Shown here: positions 24,601-39,600 of the stretch, piece by piece
Numbering within the stretch: the first letter of the stretch is position 1
Layout: every line of letters begins with the position of its first letter
From: Pelagomonas calceolata
Lineage: Eukaryota
Direction of reading: 5' to 3'
Assembly (NCBI GenBank): GCA_918797485.1
Contig: CAKKNE010000002.1
Coordinates: 62,001-126,000, forward strand
Length of the DNA stretch: 64,000 bases
The notes under the pieces: model-generated
Seen by the model: the letters and a program-made list of their open reading frames with translations, nothing else
The model's database searches: none
What the model was told of the DNA's origin: nothing
Made by a program: the position numbers and the translations under genes

Positions 24601-27600
24601 CCCGAAGTCAATGCACGATTCTCCAATAGCAAAGACCGTAATCTACCCCTTATGCCGGTGAGTCGGATGAAAGCAACGAGTGACATGCGAATACATGACA
24701 CGTAAAAAAATGGGATTTCTGCGCGAAAAGTGGCCAATGCCTCCGCTTCAGCGAGGCCCAAAGCTGACTTTGCTGAAATTGTCGGGAAGACGGTCAAGAC
24801 GCTTCTTGGAACAGAAGTTCCGGACGACGCACCGCTCATGGGTGCTGGCCTCGACTCCATCGCCGCAGTCGAGCTCATCTCGACGTTGAGCCAGAATTTG
24901 AATATTGAAATCGAGCCGACTGCATTATTTGACTATCCGACAATCGCGAGTCTTGCGAAGTACTTTGCTGGAATGGAGCCTGCCCAGGCTGTAGTCCTAC
25001 CGTCATTGCCACAAGCTTCCATGAAACCGCGGGTACAAGTGGATGTGGCTGAGGTTGTCGCGAAAGCTGTCGAGGAACTTCTCGGAACAATTGTCCCAGA
25101 CGACGCACCACTTATGGGTGCTGGTCTCGATTCGATTGCCGCCGTCGAATTAGTTGCAACGTTGAGCCAAAACCTGAGCACAGAAATTGAGCCAACTGCA
25201 TTGTTCGATCACCCGACGATCGGGAGTCTTGTCAGGTACTTTGCTGCGGAGATGGAACCTAGTTCGATGACATCAGCATTAGACAGTAGCGATATCCTCC
25301 AAGCTTCCTCAGAATACAACGCGGGTAATGATAAAATGGTACAGTAGTGTTATCTTGCAGCTACCGCCTTGTACCTCCCAACCGTAGAGCGGAGCTTCAC
25401 AAACGGCGACCTCGAAGGCCTATCGTACGGCAGGTACGAAACCGCAACGCACGTCCCCGTGACGCGTTGGAACATGGACGCAATCGACACGCGCCGCTTC
25501 TCGGCCGATGCGCGTAGCCGGGCGCGATATGGATCATTCCTGCAGAGCGACTTTTCAATGTTCGACAACACCATGTTCCGCATCTCGCCCGCAGAAGCCC
25601 GGCCGCTGGAGCCGCAGCAGCGCATGCTGCTCGAAGTGGGCTACGAGGCGCTCCATCGGCAAGGACAAAACCGCTCGACGCTGGTGGACTCAGACACGGG
25701 CGTCTTCACTGGCATGATGCAAATGGACGCTCAACAGTTCATACCAAGTGTCCCAGGACCTTACGACCTCACTGGCATCACGTACTCGGCGGCCGGCGCG
25801 CGCCTGTCGTACGTGTTTGCGATGCGCGGCCCGTGTATGGTCTTCGACACGGCCTGCTCGTCGAGCTTGATCGCCATTCACGTTGCTCGGCGCAGCATGT
25901 ACCATAAGGAATGTCCGCTTGCACTTGCTATTGCCCCAAACGCGATGCTACACCCTGTTGACCACGTGGGGCGGGCTGTAATTGCAATGACGTCCGTCCG
26001 TGGACGCTGTCATACTTTTGACTCTAGGGCCGACGGCTACCTGCGGGGCGAAGGATGCGGGGCGGTTGTGCTCGACTCTGCTCGACGAACTGGCGAGGAC
26101 GCTTATGAGGTATCCTGCCCGGGCTCGTCGGCCCGACACAACGGCCAGAGCGCAACGTTTACCGCACTAAACGGGCTATCACAGCAGCTGCTGATCAAGG
26201 CCGCGCTGGGCGATGCTTCGACGACTATTGGGAGCGTTATGGAAGCCCACGGGACCGGAACTCCACTGGGTGATCCGATCGAGATCAGCGCAATCTCGGC
26301 GATTGTCAAGAAGAGTGGCCACAAATCGTGCTCCGTCTGCGGTATCAAGGGTAACGTGGGTCATACCGAGTCGACCGCCGGCGTGGCGAACGTCATCGAA
26401 GTGATCGGACTGTTGAGGATTGGAGAGACTGCTCTCAACGTGCAGCTGCGCACGCTTAACCCGCAAGTCCGACAGGTGCGCGCCGAGGTCCTACATCCAT
26501 CCGTGGATAGTAATGCGACGTATAGAGGCAAGACGCAGACGGGAGGCGCGAGCTCGTTTGGGTGGAGCGGCATCATCGCCCACGGGGTGTTCCAGTACGA
26601 AAGATTTGTGGAAGTGAGTTCTGAGGAGCGTTGTTTTGCGAATGCTTCGCTCTATCGCAATTGCTAGCTGCTCGTGCGCCGAGAACGTCAGTTGTCGCCT
26701 ATGAGGCGCATTTCAATAGCGCTACATTCAAGAAAAAACGAGGTTAGCCGCCAGATGTCACAACTTGCTGTATATTGTAGAAAGACGGAGCTTTTGGAGC
26801 ACCTCACACACTCTTCAAGGTCGTATATTACTTCGGTAGATCAAGAAAGCGGTCAGGAGAGCTTGTTAGTACCAAGCTTGAACGCAGCCGTTGACATGGC
26901 AATCGCGTCAGCAAGCGAGGATAGTGGAATCGACGCAGGGCTCCTAAGACCTGGATTTGAAAGATCTCCCCAGCGCACTAATGCGGATAGTATGCTCCAG
27001 TTTTTGGTGCCTCCCGAGCTGCAGGGATCGCTTTTTGCAAATCATCAATTTGTTTGGCAACAGAGCAGAATCATATTGAATGGCACAGAGGAATATGAAA
27101 CAAACGTGCAGAGAATTCGTTCCCAAGGGGGGCCAATGGCGACTATGCGAGCTCCGGGGCTGGCGGCAAGCAGGTCTCGTTTGCAAAGTATCAAGCTTGC
27201 TAGAGAAACGATTGAAGATATTATTAGTCTCAGATCATTCAAAACTCACTCCTCCATTTATTTATTGCGCAGTATCAGCCTCCAGCTGCCGCTCAGCTTA
27301 TCTGAGACATCTTCGAGGCGAGCTGTGCAACAGGCGCTGATTTTGACCAGTACGAGCTCAGATGAGTATAAACAGCAGCTCAATGGCAATAGCAAGGCGG
27401 GTCCAACTCCAGTGCACGCAAGAGAGACTGTAAAAGCTGTAGCGCACGAAGTCATGGGAACGCACATTGACGAAAACGCCCCGTTAATGTCAGCCGGCTT
27501 AGACTCAATCGCAGCCATAGAATTTGTGAACACGCTATCCGAAAGATTGTGTTTGAAGATAGAGCATACTGCTCTGTTTGACCATCCCACGCTCAATTCA

Positions 27601-30600
27601 CTTGCAGGCTTCCTGTCAAGCGAGATCGCTATCAACGATGAGGCTACAACGTCACCCCGTGAAGAAAAACAATCTGTGGCTGAGGTGTCTGTCCTAGAAA
27701 CGAGAGAAGAGCGCACTATCACTATTGCCGCTTGGGATTTCTCGGTCGCCGGCGGCATCACCACTGCATCTGAGTTGCGCTCGCTTACGATGCGCGCACT
27801 CACCGTAAACACAAACGTCCCCGTTGACCGATGGACAACGCCGACACCTGGTGCCGGTCATTCTGCGGCATACGGGTCATTTTTGTCACCAGATCAGCTC
27901 GGCCTCGACCACGGGGCCTTTGGAATTTCCCTCGCGGAGGCGCGGTCGATGGACCCGCAGCAGAGTCTCGTGCTGAGTGTCGGGTATGGTGCCTTGATCA
28001 AAGGTAGCAATTCGACAGTTTCGCGAAGTGCGTTCACCAACTCCAATATTGGAGTCTTCGTCGGAGTAGAGCCAAGTGGACTTGAATAGAAAGAAGCCAG
28101 CGTCTTCTCGGCCAGTGGCGGAGCAAGTTCAGTAACATCTGGACGGCTCTCATTCAGCCTCGGCCTTGTCGGGCCTTGTTACTCGATAGACGTGGCATGT
28201 GCCTCCTCACTGGCGGCGCTACATACTTGCATAATGACCCTTAGGGAGGGCACTTCATGCGAGGAAGGACTTGGAATCGGCACCAAGGTGCTTAGTGAGG
28301 CCATAAACTATGCGACTTCTGTGGCGGGAATGACCTCAGCTCGCGGACGGTGCCACACGTTCGACCAGCGGGCGGACGGCTACTGCCGCGGTGAGGGCTG
28401 TGGCGCGTTTCTCGTGCGATCGCGGGCCTCGATCGGCGTGGAGGTGCTCGGGTCTGACGTGCAACAGGACGGCCCCAGTGCCAGCTTGACGGCGCCAAAT
28501 GGGTCGTCTCAGAAGCGGCTGATCGAGAGCGTATCACGCGCTATTACTGACAAGGATGATAGTCCGAGTTTGGAAGCGCACGGCACCGGGACAGCGCTCG
28601 GCGATCCGATTGAGGTATGTTACTATTTGTCGTCAATTCATTTCAATGAAACTTTGCATTTGTAGGTGGGAGCTGCTGTTCGTGCTCTTTGCAACGAGTC
28701 AAACGGACCCGCTGTACAATGTACCTCTCTGAAGTCGAATTTGGGTCACTTGGAAGCTGCTGCGGCGGCTGCTGGTCTATCGTCGCTGATCATCGGGCCT
28801 CTGTTGGCGGGAGCTGTCGCCATCAACGCGCAGCTGCGCGGGTACGTTCTTATGTCGTGTTCGTTCGTTCGTTCGTTCGTTAAATTACTGATATTCTCAC
28901 CTTTAGGTTGAATGTGCACCTGTCATCGATCGTGTCAGCTAAACCATTCGAGATGCCCGTCTAAGTGCTACCTCGCGATACTTACACCCAGCGGACGTCC
29001 CGACTGAGTTCGTTTGGCTTCAGCGGAACAATTGCGCACGGAGCGTTTGGCATTCACAGACTGGCAGTAGCGGACAAGCTAATCAACTCTTCGGCTATTT
29101 CGATCTATCGGGCGCAACATAGTCACCAAGGTCTCTAAGTGAAGCATTTCAGGCGGCTTGCAGTATTTCATAGGTCTCGTAGAGACACAAGCAAACTTAC
29201 GCCAGAGGCACAGTCGGCAATGTATTGCAGAGAATATCAATTTGCGCAGCCAGATTGTCACTTGCGCGGTAGAGCACCATATCAATATGCTGACCAAGAA
29301 GCTGTTGCCAAGTCTCTCTCGTATAGAACCCAGCCGATCAACGGCTTCGATGGGCTCGACACAGTCTTCTGTGGTCATTGCCAGCAATTGTCAAAGGTCT
29401 CGCATGCCAAAATCTATCTTGCGGTAGCAGGCAATCGTGCTGTAGGAGTCGAAGCCGAGCTGTTGAGAATAGCACTCGCTAAGTTGCAGCTGCCAGAGCT
29501 GCATGGTCCGATTCCTTGCGATGACATGATAAACAATTGTGTGCACTCGCAGCTTGTATTGATAAACGATCCGACAAGTCTTGGATTTATACAAGGAAGA
29601 ACAGACAAAACTATCCAGTCAGGTAGTCTCCTAGGAAAATCAGTGCGGAGCGTCCAAATACCAGGATTGACGAGATCACGCCCTAAATTGGGTCTTCGAT
29701 GGGCCAATGACGACGGGATAGCTTTAGCTAGTGTTGCGAAGTCCACATCATTCCATGTGCCACCTAACGTGTGTTTGCTGCGCTGCGCCTGTTTCCAGCA
29801 AGTCAAACTGCCCGAGCGATCTCAAAGCCCTGCAAAGCAACAGATCGTGTCCAATGCATCAACATCAGCCGAGTCACACACAAGCGCCCCCGCGCCTTCT
29901 ACTCCACTCAACGCTCTTGGCGAGGTTCGTGCTGCGGCGCTTGAAGTCATGGGCACAGACATTGATATAAATGCGCCGCTTATGTCGGCTGGCCTGGACT
30001 CCATTGCAGTTGTTGAGCTCGTGAACACACTGTCCAAACGATTTGGTATTGAGATACAGCAAACTGCTCTGTTCGACCATCCCACGCTTGATTCGCTTGC
30101 CAGCTTCTTATCGAGCGAGCTCGCTAGCATTGATGTGGTCGATGCACTACCTCGCGAGGAAAACCAACCCGTGGCTGAGGTGCGGGTACTCGAAACAAGA
30201 AATGAGAGGCATATCACCATTGCCGCTTGGGACTTCACGCTTGCCGGAGGGATCACTACTTCCTCAGAGCTGCGTTCCCTATCGATGCGCGCCCTCAGCG
30301 TGAACACAGACGTCCCTCTTGCGCGATGGGCGACTCCGACGCCCGGTGCCAAGCCATCGGCAGCCTACGGATCGTTCATGACTTCGGATCAGCTCTCTTT
30401 AGACCACGGGGCCTTTGGCATTTCCCTCGCCGAGGCGCGGTCGATGGACCCCCAGCAGGGTCTCGTGCTGAGTGTTGGGTACAGTGTGCTGCGCCAATGT
30501 AGTGATTTCTCGTCCTCGCGAAGTTCGTTCACAAACTCTAATATTGGCGTATTTGTTGGTGTGGAGTCAAGTGGACTCGAGAGGAAAGAAGCGAGTGTGT

Positions 30601-33600
30601 TCTCGGCCAGCGGTGGCGCCTTATCTGTCACAGCGGGCCGGCTCTCGTTCAGCCTCGGCCTCGTCGGACCGTGCTACTCGATCGACGCAGCGTGCGCGTC
30701 CTCCCTGGCGGCACTCCACGCGTGTGTCACGACGCTATAGAATGGCAAAGAATGCGATGATGGCGTGACGATTGGCACCAAGGTGCTCAGCGAAGCCACA
30801 AACTACGCGACCTCGATCGGCGGCATGACGTCAGCGCGTGGACGGTGCCACACGTTCGACCAGCGGGCGGACGGCTACTGTCGCGGCGAAGGCTGCGGCG
30901 CGTTTCTCGTGCGATCAAAAGCATCGGCTGGCGTGGATGTGCTGGGGTCTGCCGTACAGTAAGACGGCCCGAGCGCAAGCCTGACGGCGCCAAACGGATC
31001 ATCTCAGAGGCGGCTGATCGAGAGCGTATCGCTGTGTAATCATGACAAAAACGGAAAGTTGAGTCTGGAGGCGCACGGCACCGGGACGGCGCTCGGTGAT
31101 CCCATCGAGGTACGTTACTATTTCTAGTCAATTCTATAACAATTGGCGTTTGTAGGTGGGAGCTGCTGTTCGCGCTCTTTGCTCCGAATCAACGCATGTA
31201 CAGTGCACATCTCTGAAGTCGAACCTGGGCCACCTGGAGGCGGCCGCGGCGGCTGCGGGCCTGTCATCGCTGATCGTCGGGCCTCTGTTGGCGGGATCTG
31301 TCGCCATCAACGCGCAGCTACGCGGGTACGTTCTTAGCTCGTGTTTATTATAATTCTGACATCCTTATTTTAGGCTGAACGTGCATTTGTCATCAATTGT
31401 GGCGTCGAAGTCGTTCCAGATGCCCGTTGAAGTTCTGCCTCGCGCTACGTACACCTAGCGGGCGTCTCGACTGAGTTCGTTTGGCTTCAGCGGGACCATT
31501 GCGCACGGGGCGTTTGGCGTTCAGAAGCACGAGGGATTTGACAAATCGATCACTTCCCCTGCTAGCTCGCTCTATCGTACGCGTAGTTTATGGCAAGGAC
31601 TTCAGGGGAAGCATTTTAGGCGCGTCGCAGTAGCCCGTAGGTCACATAGAGAAGTATGCAATGGCATGGAAGCAAAGTCGGCAATGTATTGCAAAGAGCA
31701 GAGATTAACACTAGCAGACTACTCTTGCAGGAATCAAACGACCTTGGATCTGTCGGGATCCTCAGGAACGAGTAGCTCTAAGACAACAAAATTGGAAGAT
31801 GCGTGGAAATTACGGGATCGCACATGTAGCTGGGCTCCTATTGGGCTGAATTGCAATGGCCCTGATAACGAGCTTCGGAGTGTGATCTACCCTGAGCCCA
31901 CGTATGCGCCCTTTCCGCAGGCCTCGAGCTCGAAACTTGATCTGCCAGGCGGTTTCCATCACCCTCAAAGCAGTCTCGTGCTGATGGCGGGCGAATCAAA
32001 TCTAGGAAGCCACAACTTCTCAAATCAGTTGCAGAGAATCTCATCTGTTGTGGTTGAGACGGGGGCACGGGCAGTTGGGGGATCTGTGCTAAACATCGAG
32101 CTGCCGCTGATAACAGAATCGATGAAGCGAGACGACATTGGCGGCGAATTGCTTGCTGGCATGTTGCGTTCCACGAATCTGGAGGTACTTCACAACACCA
32201 CGCTCCAAATGTTCCCCGGTGAGCCCTAAAGTCAAACTGCGCAACGACCGCAAAACAACGCCGATAATCTACTCGCAACGGTGGCTAGTTCGACCGATAC
32301 TGAGCGATCATCCCACAGCAGCCGGCCTCCCTCTGCTACAATTGATTCTCTCAAGACTGTCCGCATTGTAGCCCACGAGGTCATCGGTAAGGAAATCGAG
32401 ATAAGCGTCCCGCTGATGTCTGCTGGTCTGGACTCACTTCTAGTGACAGAATTTGTCAGCGCGCTTGCCACGCGTGTGGGCATAGAAGTTGCGCCTACCG
32501 CCCTGTTTGACTATCCAACGCTGGAGTCGCTCGCCGGTTTCATATCAGACGAGCTCGCTAGCGCAATGGTGGTTAGTTTGACCGATACTGGTGATGTGCG
32601 ATCGCTCAACAACAGCCGGACACCCTCTACTACGATTGATTTTCTCAAGACTGTCCGCATCGTAGCTCATGAGATCATGGGTGAGGAAATCGATATGAGT
32701 GCCCCACTGATGTCAGCTGGACTGGATTCACTCGTAGTGGCGGAATTTGCCAGCACTCTGTCTACGCGCGTAGGCATAGAAGTTGCGCCCACCGCCCTGT
32801 TCGACCATCCAACGCTGGAGTCGCTCGCCGGTTTCATAGAAGACGAGCTTAGTAGCAACGATGTGACCAACGTATCACACAGTGGAGAAGCTCAATGGGT
32901 AGCAGCACATGTGCCGGTTATCGGCACAAGAGAAGAGCGCACTATCTCCATTGCTGCCTGGGACTTCACGCTTGCTGGAGGGATCACCACTCCGTCAGAG
33001 TTGCGCTCGCTCACGATGCGTGCTCTCACCGTGAACACCGACGTCCCACTCGCACGATGGGCGACTCCGACGCCCGGTGCCAAGCCATCGGCAGCCTACG
33101 GATCGTTCATGACTTCGGATCAGCTCTCTCTCGACCACGGGGCCTTTGGCATTTCCCTCGCCGAGGCGCGGTCGATGGACCCACAGCAGGGTCTCGTACT
33201 GAGTGTTGGGTACAGTGTGCTGCGCCAATGTAGTGATTTCTCCTCCTCACGAAGTTCATTCACCAACTCCAACGTGGGAGTCTTCGTCGGCGTGGAGTCA
33301 AGTGGACTCGAGAGGAAAGAAGCGAGTGTGTTCTCGGCCAGCGGTGGCGCCTTATCTGTCACAGCGGGCCGGCTCTCGTTCAGCCTCGGCCTCGTCGGAC
33401 CGTGCTACTCGATCGACGCGGCATGCGCGTCAACGCTGGCGGCGCTGCACGCATGTGTCACGACGCTCCAGAATGGCAAAGAATGCGATGATGGCGTGAC
33501 GATTGGCACCAAGGTGCTCAGCGAAGCCGCAAACTACGCGACCTCGATCGGCGGCATGACGTCAGCGCGTGGACGGTGCCACACGTTCGACCAGCGGGCG

Positions 33601-36600
33601 GACGGCTACTGTCGCGGCGAAGGCTGCGGCGCGTTTCTCGTGCGATCAAAAGCATCGGCTGGCGTGGATGTGCTGGGGTCTGCCGTACAGTAAGACGGCC
33701 CGAGCGCGAGCCTGACGGCGCCAAACGGATCATCTCAGAGGCGGCTGATCGAGAGCGTATCGCTGTGTAATCCCGACAAAAACGGAAAGTTGAGTCTGGA
33801 GGCGCACGGCACCGGGACGGCGCTCGGTGATCCCATCGAGGTACGTTACTATTTCTAGTCAATTCTATAACAATTGGCGTTTGTAGGTGGGAGCTGCTGT
33901 TCGCGCTCTTTGCTCCGAATCAACGCATGTACAGTGCACATCTCTGAAGTCGAACCTGGGCCACCTGGAGGCGGCCGCGGCGGCTGCGGGCCTGTCATCG
34001 CTGATCGTCGGGCCTCTGTTGGCGGGATCTGTCGCCATCAACGCGCAGCTACGCGGGTACGTTCTTAGCTCGTGTTTATTATAATTCTGACATCCTTATT
34101 TTAGGCTGAACGTGCATTTGTCATCAATTGTGGCGTCGAAGTCGTTCCAGATGCCCGTCGAAGTTCTGCCTCGCACTACGTACACCTAGCGGACGTCACG
34201 ACTGAGTTCGTTTGGCTTCAGCGGGACCATAGCGCATGGCGCGTTTGGAGCTAAGAGCTCAGTAGCTTCACTCAGCACTGGAGTGTCCAAGTCTCTGTAC
34301 CGTGGTCGGCGCAATTCCACTAGTAGTAGCGATCTTCAGTGGCGCTTGACCTTGCGAACAGAAGCACCTAGGCAGTCGATTGTTGCTGACCTAGACGAAA
34401 TTTCCACAGGAGTACTCTCACCCTCAGCAGAGGCGCTCTTTGCAGACCACGTCGTTGGCAGCAGCATTCTGCTCCCGGGCGTCGGCTATTTAGAGATAAC
34501 CTTTATCGCCAATCTTGGTCGGTATTCTGCGTTCACAAGCATCGCATTCATGCGACCTTGCTAGCTGCCGCAACCTGGAACAAATGAGAAATGTGTGTTG
34601 CGGTGCACTCGACAAGGCGGGGGGACCTTCGAGATTGCAAGCTGGAGGGGTGTGGGATCATCAATAGAATCCAGGTTTACGACTCACTTCATGGCAACAC
34701 CAGCAGTAAACATCGAATCAGACCTTAAAGCAACCAAGACAAAAATCTCGCAAAGACACTACCTGAATCAATGTGTTGATGCGCCCCTCCTGAAGCTGAA
34801 GCCTATTTTGTCCAGCTGCTGGCAAGTATCTGCCGTCTCCAATCAGCCCGAGACATGCACTAAAAAGACCCATCTGCCCAAAGCTGGCCGAGGACATGTG
34901 TCGCGGCACGCCTCTTCCCTTGCGGTGCCACAAGAGGACAGCATGTGTGGTGATGGGCCTACCACGCAAGAAAGGGGGAGCTCTTTTTAGGATTCCTCGC
35001 CTTCGCACATATCACGGCATGCATCCTCCCTGGAAGTCCCGTAAGAGGATAGCATGTGTGGCGATGGACCTACTGTGGTGAGCATGCCTGAAGGGCAGAC
35101 ACGGAATGCTTACATGCCGCCTACACGGAGAGTGACGGTGAACAAGGGCTCAATTGAGATTAACTTTGGACTGTCTGGTGTTGATGTTGTTTTGCTTCAC
35201 CGAGCTTCTAGCTAGACTCGTGTGCCATTAGGCAAACCAAAACACGGGTTTGGTTTGAAATCATGGACCAAGAAAGCAAAGAAAATGTTACTTTGCTCGA
35301 GATCCCGAGATAATGGGAATCTATAGTCAAATATGTGCAGCTTAAGTCTCAACTACTCTCTGCACGGCAAGGTGAATAAATGTGAAGCTACGTATCTGCT
35401 GCAACATGGTCAATCCCCTTATGTCGCATTATTCTCGAGTTTGCGTGAACAAAAAGCAACAAAACCGCTTTCTAGTGCGAGCTTCCAAGAAACGCTCTTG
35501 GTTCCCGTTGGACTAGTGAAGTCACCAGATGCCGACAGAAAGTCTCGACCCAAGTCTGATATACCACGAAACGTACCTAAATCCACATAGCCGGCAAAGG
35601 CCAATAGCAGCGCTCGCTCGCAAAAAGCCCTGCTCGACGAGCTCACCGCCATCGCCGCCGAGGTCACGGGTGCGACCATTGCAGCCGACGCGCCCCTCAT
35701 GTCTGCCGGACTCGATTCTATCGCAGCCGTAGAATTATCTACGCGAATGAGCGAGCGTCTCAACACGGAGCTGCCCTCGACGCTGCTCTTCGACCACCCG
35801 TCGTTGCGGTCCATCGCCGACTCGCTGTCGGTTTATGACGAGGCGGAGGAAGTTTTAGAGCCCAAGTTTGAGACTGCGCAAGAGCCAAGATATTTGATGC
35901 AACGACCACAGAGAGCCAAGGCCCAAAGCACAACGGCCGTCGTCGAAACCATCTCGAGCACGCTCTCGGATATCCTTGGGACGAGAGTCGCCACAGACGC
36001 GCCGCTCATGTCCGTCGGACTGGATTCAATCGCGGCGACGGAGCTCACGAACGCGCTCGCCGAGCGCTTCGACACGGAATTGCCGCAGACACTCATGTTC
36101 GACCACCCGACGATCGATGCGATGGCGAGCTTCATTGCGGAGACCACGGAAATGTCGGTCGCTGCGGTGACCGTCGAACGAGAGGCAATGCCAACCACAA
36201 CAATGGCGATGGCCGTGATGACCTCCCGACAGGACGCCCCGGACCGAGTCTTCCTCGCCTCACGGCAGATCCGCTGCACGATACCGGGAGGCTGCCATGA
36301 TCCTCCCGCATTGAAGGAGCTCGGGCTTCGAGCTTGGACGGCCAACTCCCACTGGCCAGTCTCTCGCCTGGCGGCGGTCGAACTGCAAGGCACTTCTGCG
36401 GCGTACGGCGCTTTCTTAGCACCTGACGCATTCGCAGCGGACGCTGCGTTCTTCGGCATCTCCCGGACGGAAGCGCGGGCCATGGACCCGATGGCGATGC
36501 TGGTCCTCGCGACGACCTACGGCGCGCTCAGCGACTCGAGCTCGAATGCTCGCGCCAAGCTCGCCAACGCGCCCATTGGATTCTTCCTCGGCGCCGGTGG

Positions 36601-39600
36601 GATCATCAGTGGCACAGGTGGCGGGACTGCATCACCACCAGGAGCCAAGAGGGCTCCTTCGGTGTACTCGGCGACCTCCGGCGCTCTGTCGGTGCTGTCG
36701 GGCCGCCTCTCGTACACGCTGGGCCTGACGGGCCCGTGCCAGACAACTGACACGGCCTGCTCGTCGTCGCTCGTGGCGGCGCACCAGGCGGTCTCGGCCC
36801 TGAAGCTCGGCGAGAGCCCCGCGGCGGCGGTTGCGGGAGTCATGGTGCTAACAGTCCCTGTTTCTGTGGCGTTCTCGGCGGCGGGTATGCTCTCGGCGCT
36901 CGGGCGATGCCACACGTTCGACCGACGCGCCGACGGGTACTGTAGGGGCGAGGGATGCGGGGCGTTCTACTTCTCGACCGAAGCCGACGACGTCGCGGTG
37001 TCCGGGACGGCGGTGCAGCAGGACGGGCCGAGCGCGAGCCTCACGGCGCCGAACGGATCGTCGCAGCAGCGGCTCATCGAAGCGGTAGAAGCTGGGAATG
37101 GACCGTCGCTGGAGGCGCACGGCACGGGCACGGCGCTCGGGGATCCCATCGAGGTGCGTGCTTACTTCTTTACTTTTCTATTAAGATTTTTGTGTCATTT
37201 AGGTGGGCGCCGCGACGCGGGCTCTATGCAAAGGGAGAGAACGTGGAAGCGCAGCGATCCAGTGCACGTCTCTGAAGTCGAACATGGGCCACTTGGAGCC
37301 GGCGGCAGCGGCTGCGGGCCTGGCCTCGCTGGTAGTAGGGCCTTTGATGGCTTCTGTTGTTGCTGTTAATGCCCAGCTGCGAGGGTATGTCTCCTGTGTT
37401 ATACATATATATTGTCCATCATATTCCCATGTAGGCTGAACGCGCATCTGTCGTCGATCGTGTCGTCGAAGCCGTTCCAGATGCCTGTTGACGTAGCTCC
37501 ACGTACCACAGCTCTCAGCGGTTCGCGACTGAGTTCGTTTGGATTTAGTGGAACCATCGCCCACGGCGCGTTCGAAGCTCGGAAGACAATAGTATCAATG
37601 AGCAATGATTCGAAGTCGCTCTACCGTGGTCGCCGATTTATCACCTCTAGCGAGACGACACGGCTGGACTGGCTGCTCGAAGCGCCTGGGCCGCAGGAGC
37701 CTCGACCGGACGAGGCTGTCGTGTTCTCGGGGGCGCTGTCGCCCTCGGCACTACTCCTCTTCTCGCACCACGTGGTCGGTGGCACCATCATATTGCCGGG
37801 CGTCGGGTACGTCGAGATGGCGTTCGCCGCCAGCTCCAGTCGAGCGCTCACAGCCGTCGCGTTCCTGAGGCCGTGCGTGCTGCCCGAACCTGGTCGAGGC
37901 GAGAAGTGCGTGTTGCGATGTAGGCGGCGGGCTACCGGAGCGCTGGAGATTGCGAGTGGACACTCTGAAAACGATGGGTCATTTGTGGTGCATTTTATTG
38001 GATCGCAAGATAGCACACACGATGCGGTATCCCTCAAGAGCACCAATATGCTCACGACAACCAAGGATAGGCACGAGTTCCTGAGAACTGAGGGTAAATC
38101 TAAAGATGAACCAGGTACGTTTGAGTACCGCGACTTCGGATCAGGCCAGAAGCGAATTGGCCTGCCTGTGTACGAGGCCGTGACGTCCTGGTCAGATGAG
38201 GTCGCTCAAACGCAGGAAATGGAGTCCTTGGTGCCTCAGCATGTAGCCACAAATAAGCTATTTAGATTGTCTTGGTCACACGGGGAGATTGAGGAACATT
38301 CACAATCATGTCAGTCATCTTCCGAGATAGTCGTTCAATTGCTAAGTATATCACAAAGTCCCGACACTGTTGTGATTGTCCAGCATGAAGGAAACTATGC
38401 AAGCATCCGTAGTTTAAGGGAAGGTAAGTTTGATGGACGACCTCCCTCAATAGTGGGCAGTCTGACGCCAATGGGACGTTGCTCGCCTCTTGTACCCACA
38501 AGCAAACCAATGCACGTCGTGGAAAGCTACGAGGCAATGAATAGGTCTGTGGTACAGAAAAATGTTAAAGCAACTAACAAGCGAACCAGCGCCCTAGGGC
38601 GTGCGCGGTCAAAGAAAATTGACGTGGCCGGCGTTGTCGAGAAAACTGTCAAGACGCTCCTCGGAACAGACGTTCCGGACGACGCACCGCTCATGGGCGC
38701 TGGCCTCGACTCGCTTTCCGCCGTCGACCTCGTGCAGACGCTCGGCCAAGAGCTCGGCACCGAGCTAGAGCCGACTGCATTGTTCGATTACCCAACTATC
38801 GGAAGCCTCAGTAAGTACCTCACCGCAGAGATAGAACCTGTAGATGTTACAGTGCCTCCGTCATCACCGGCAGCTTCTACCAAGCCACGGATGAAAGTCG
38901 TCGATGTGTCCGGCGTCGTCCAGAAAACTGTGGAAGAGCTCCTCGGAACAGTCGTCCCGAACGACGCGCCACTCATGGGCGCTGGTCTCGACTCTCTCTC
39001 TGCCGTGGACCTTGTTCAGACGCTGGGCCAAAGGCTGGACACAGAACTGGAGCCGACGGCGCTGTTCGACTACCCTACGATTGTGAGTCTTAGCAAGTAC
39101 CTTGACGAGCAGATGGAGCCTGAGATCGAACCAGCACAAAAAAACACCATGTCGATCCCTTCTCAACTAGAAGCCGAAGACAAGGCAATACAGGAATGCT
39201 TTGTCGTGGCTACCGCGATGTGCCTCCCAACAGTAGAATGCAGCTTCACGAACGGTGACCTCCACGGCCTGTCGCACGGTAGATATGAGACCGCTACGCA
39301 CGTACCCGCGACGCGCTGGAACATGGACTCGATCGACACGCGCCGCTTCTCGGCCGACGCGCGCAGTCGCGTGCGGTACGGCTCGTTCCTGCAGAGCGAC
39401 TTCTCCATGTTCGACAACACCATGTTCCGCATCTCTCCGGCCGAGGCGCGGCCGCTGGAGCCGCAGCAGCGCATGTTGCTCGAAGTGGGCTATGAGGCGC
39501 TCCATCGGCAAGGACAAAACCGCTCGACGCTGGTAGACTCGGACACGGGCATCTTCACGGGCATGATGAACATGGACGCCCAGTACTTCGTGCCAAGCGT

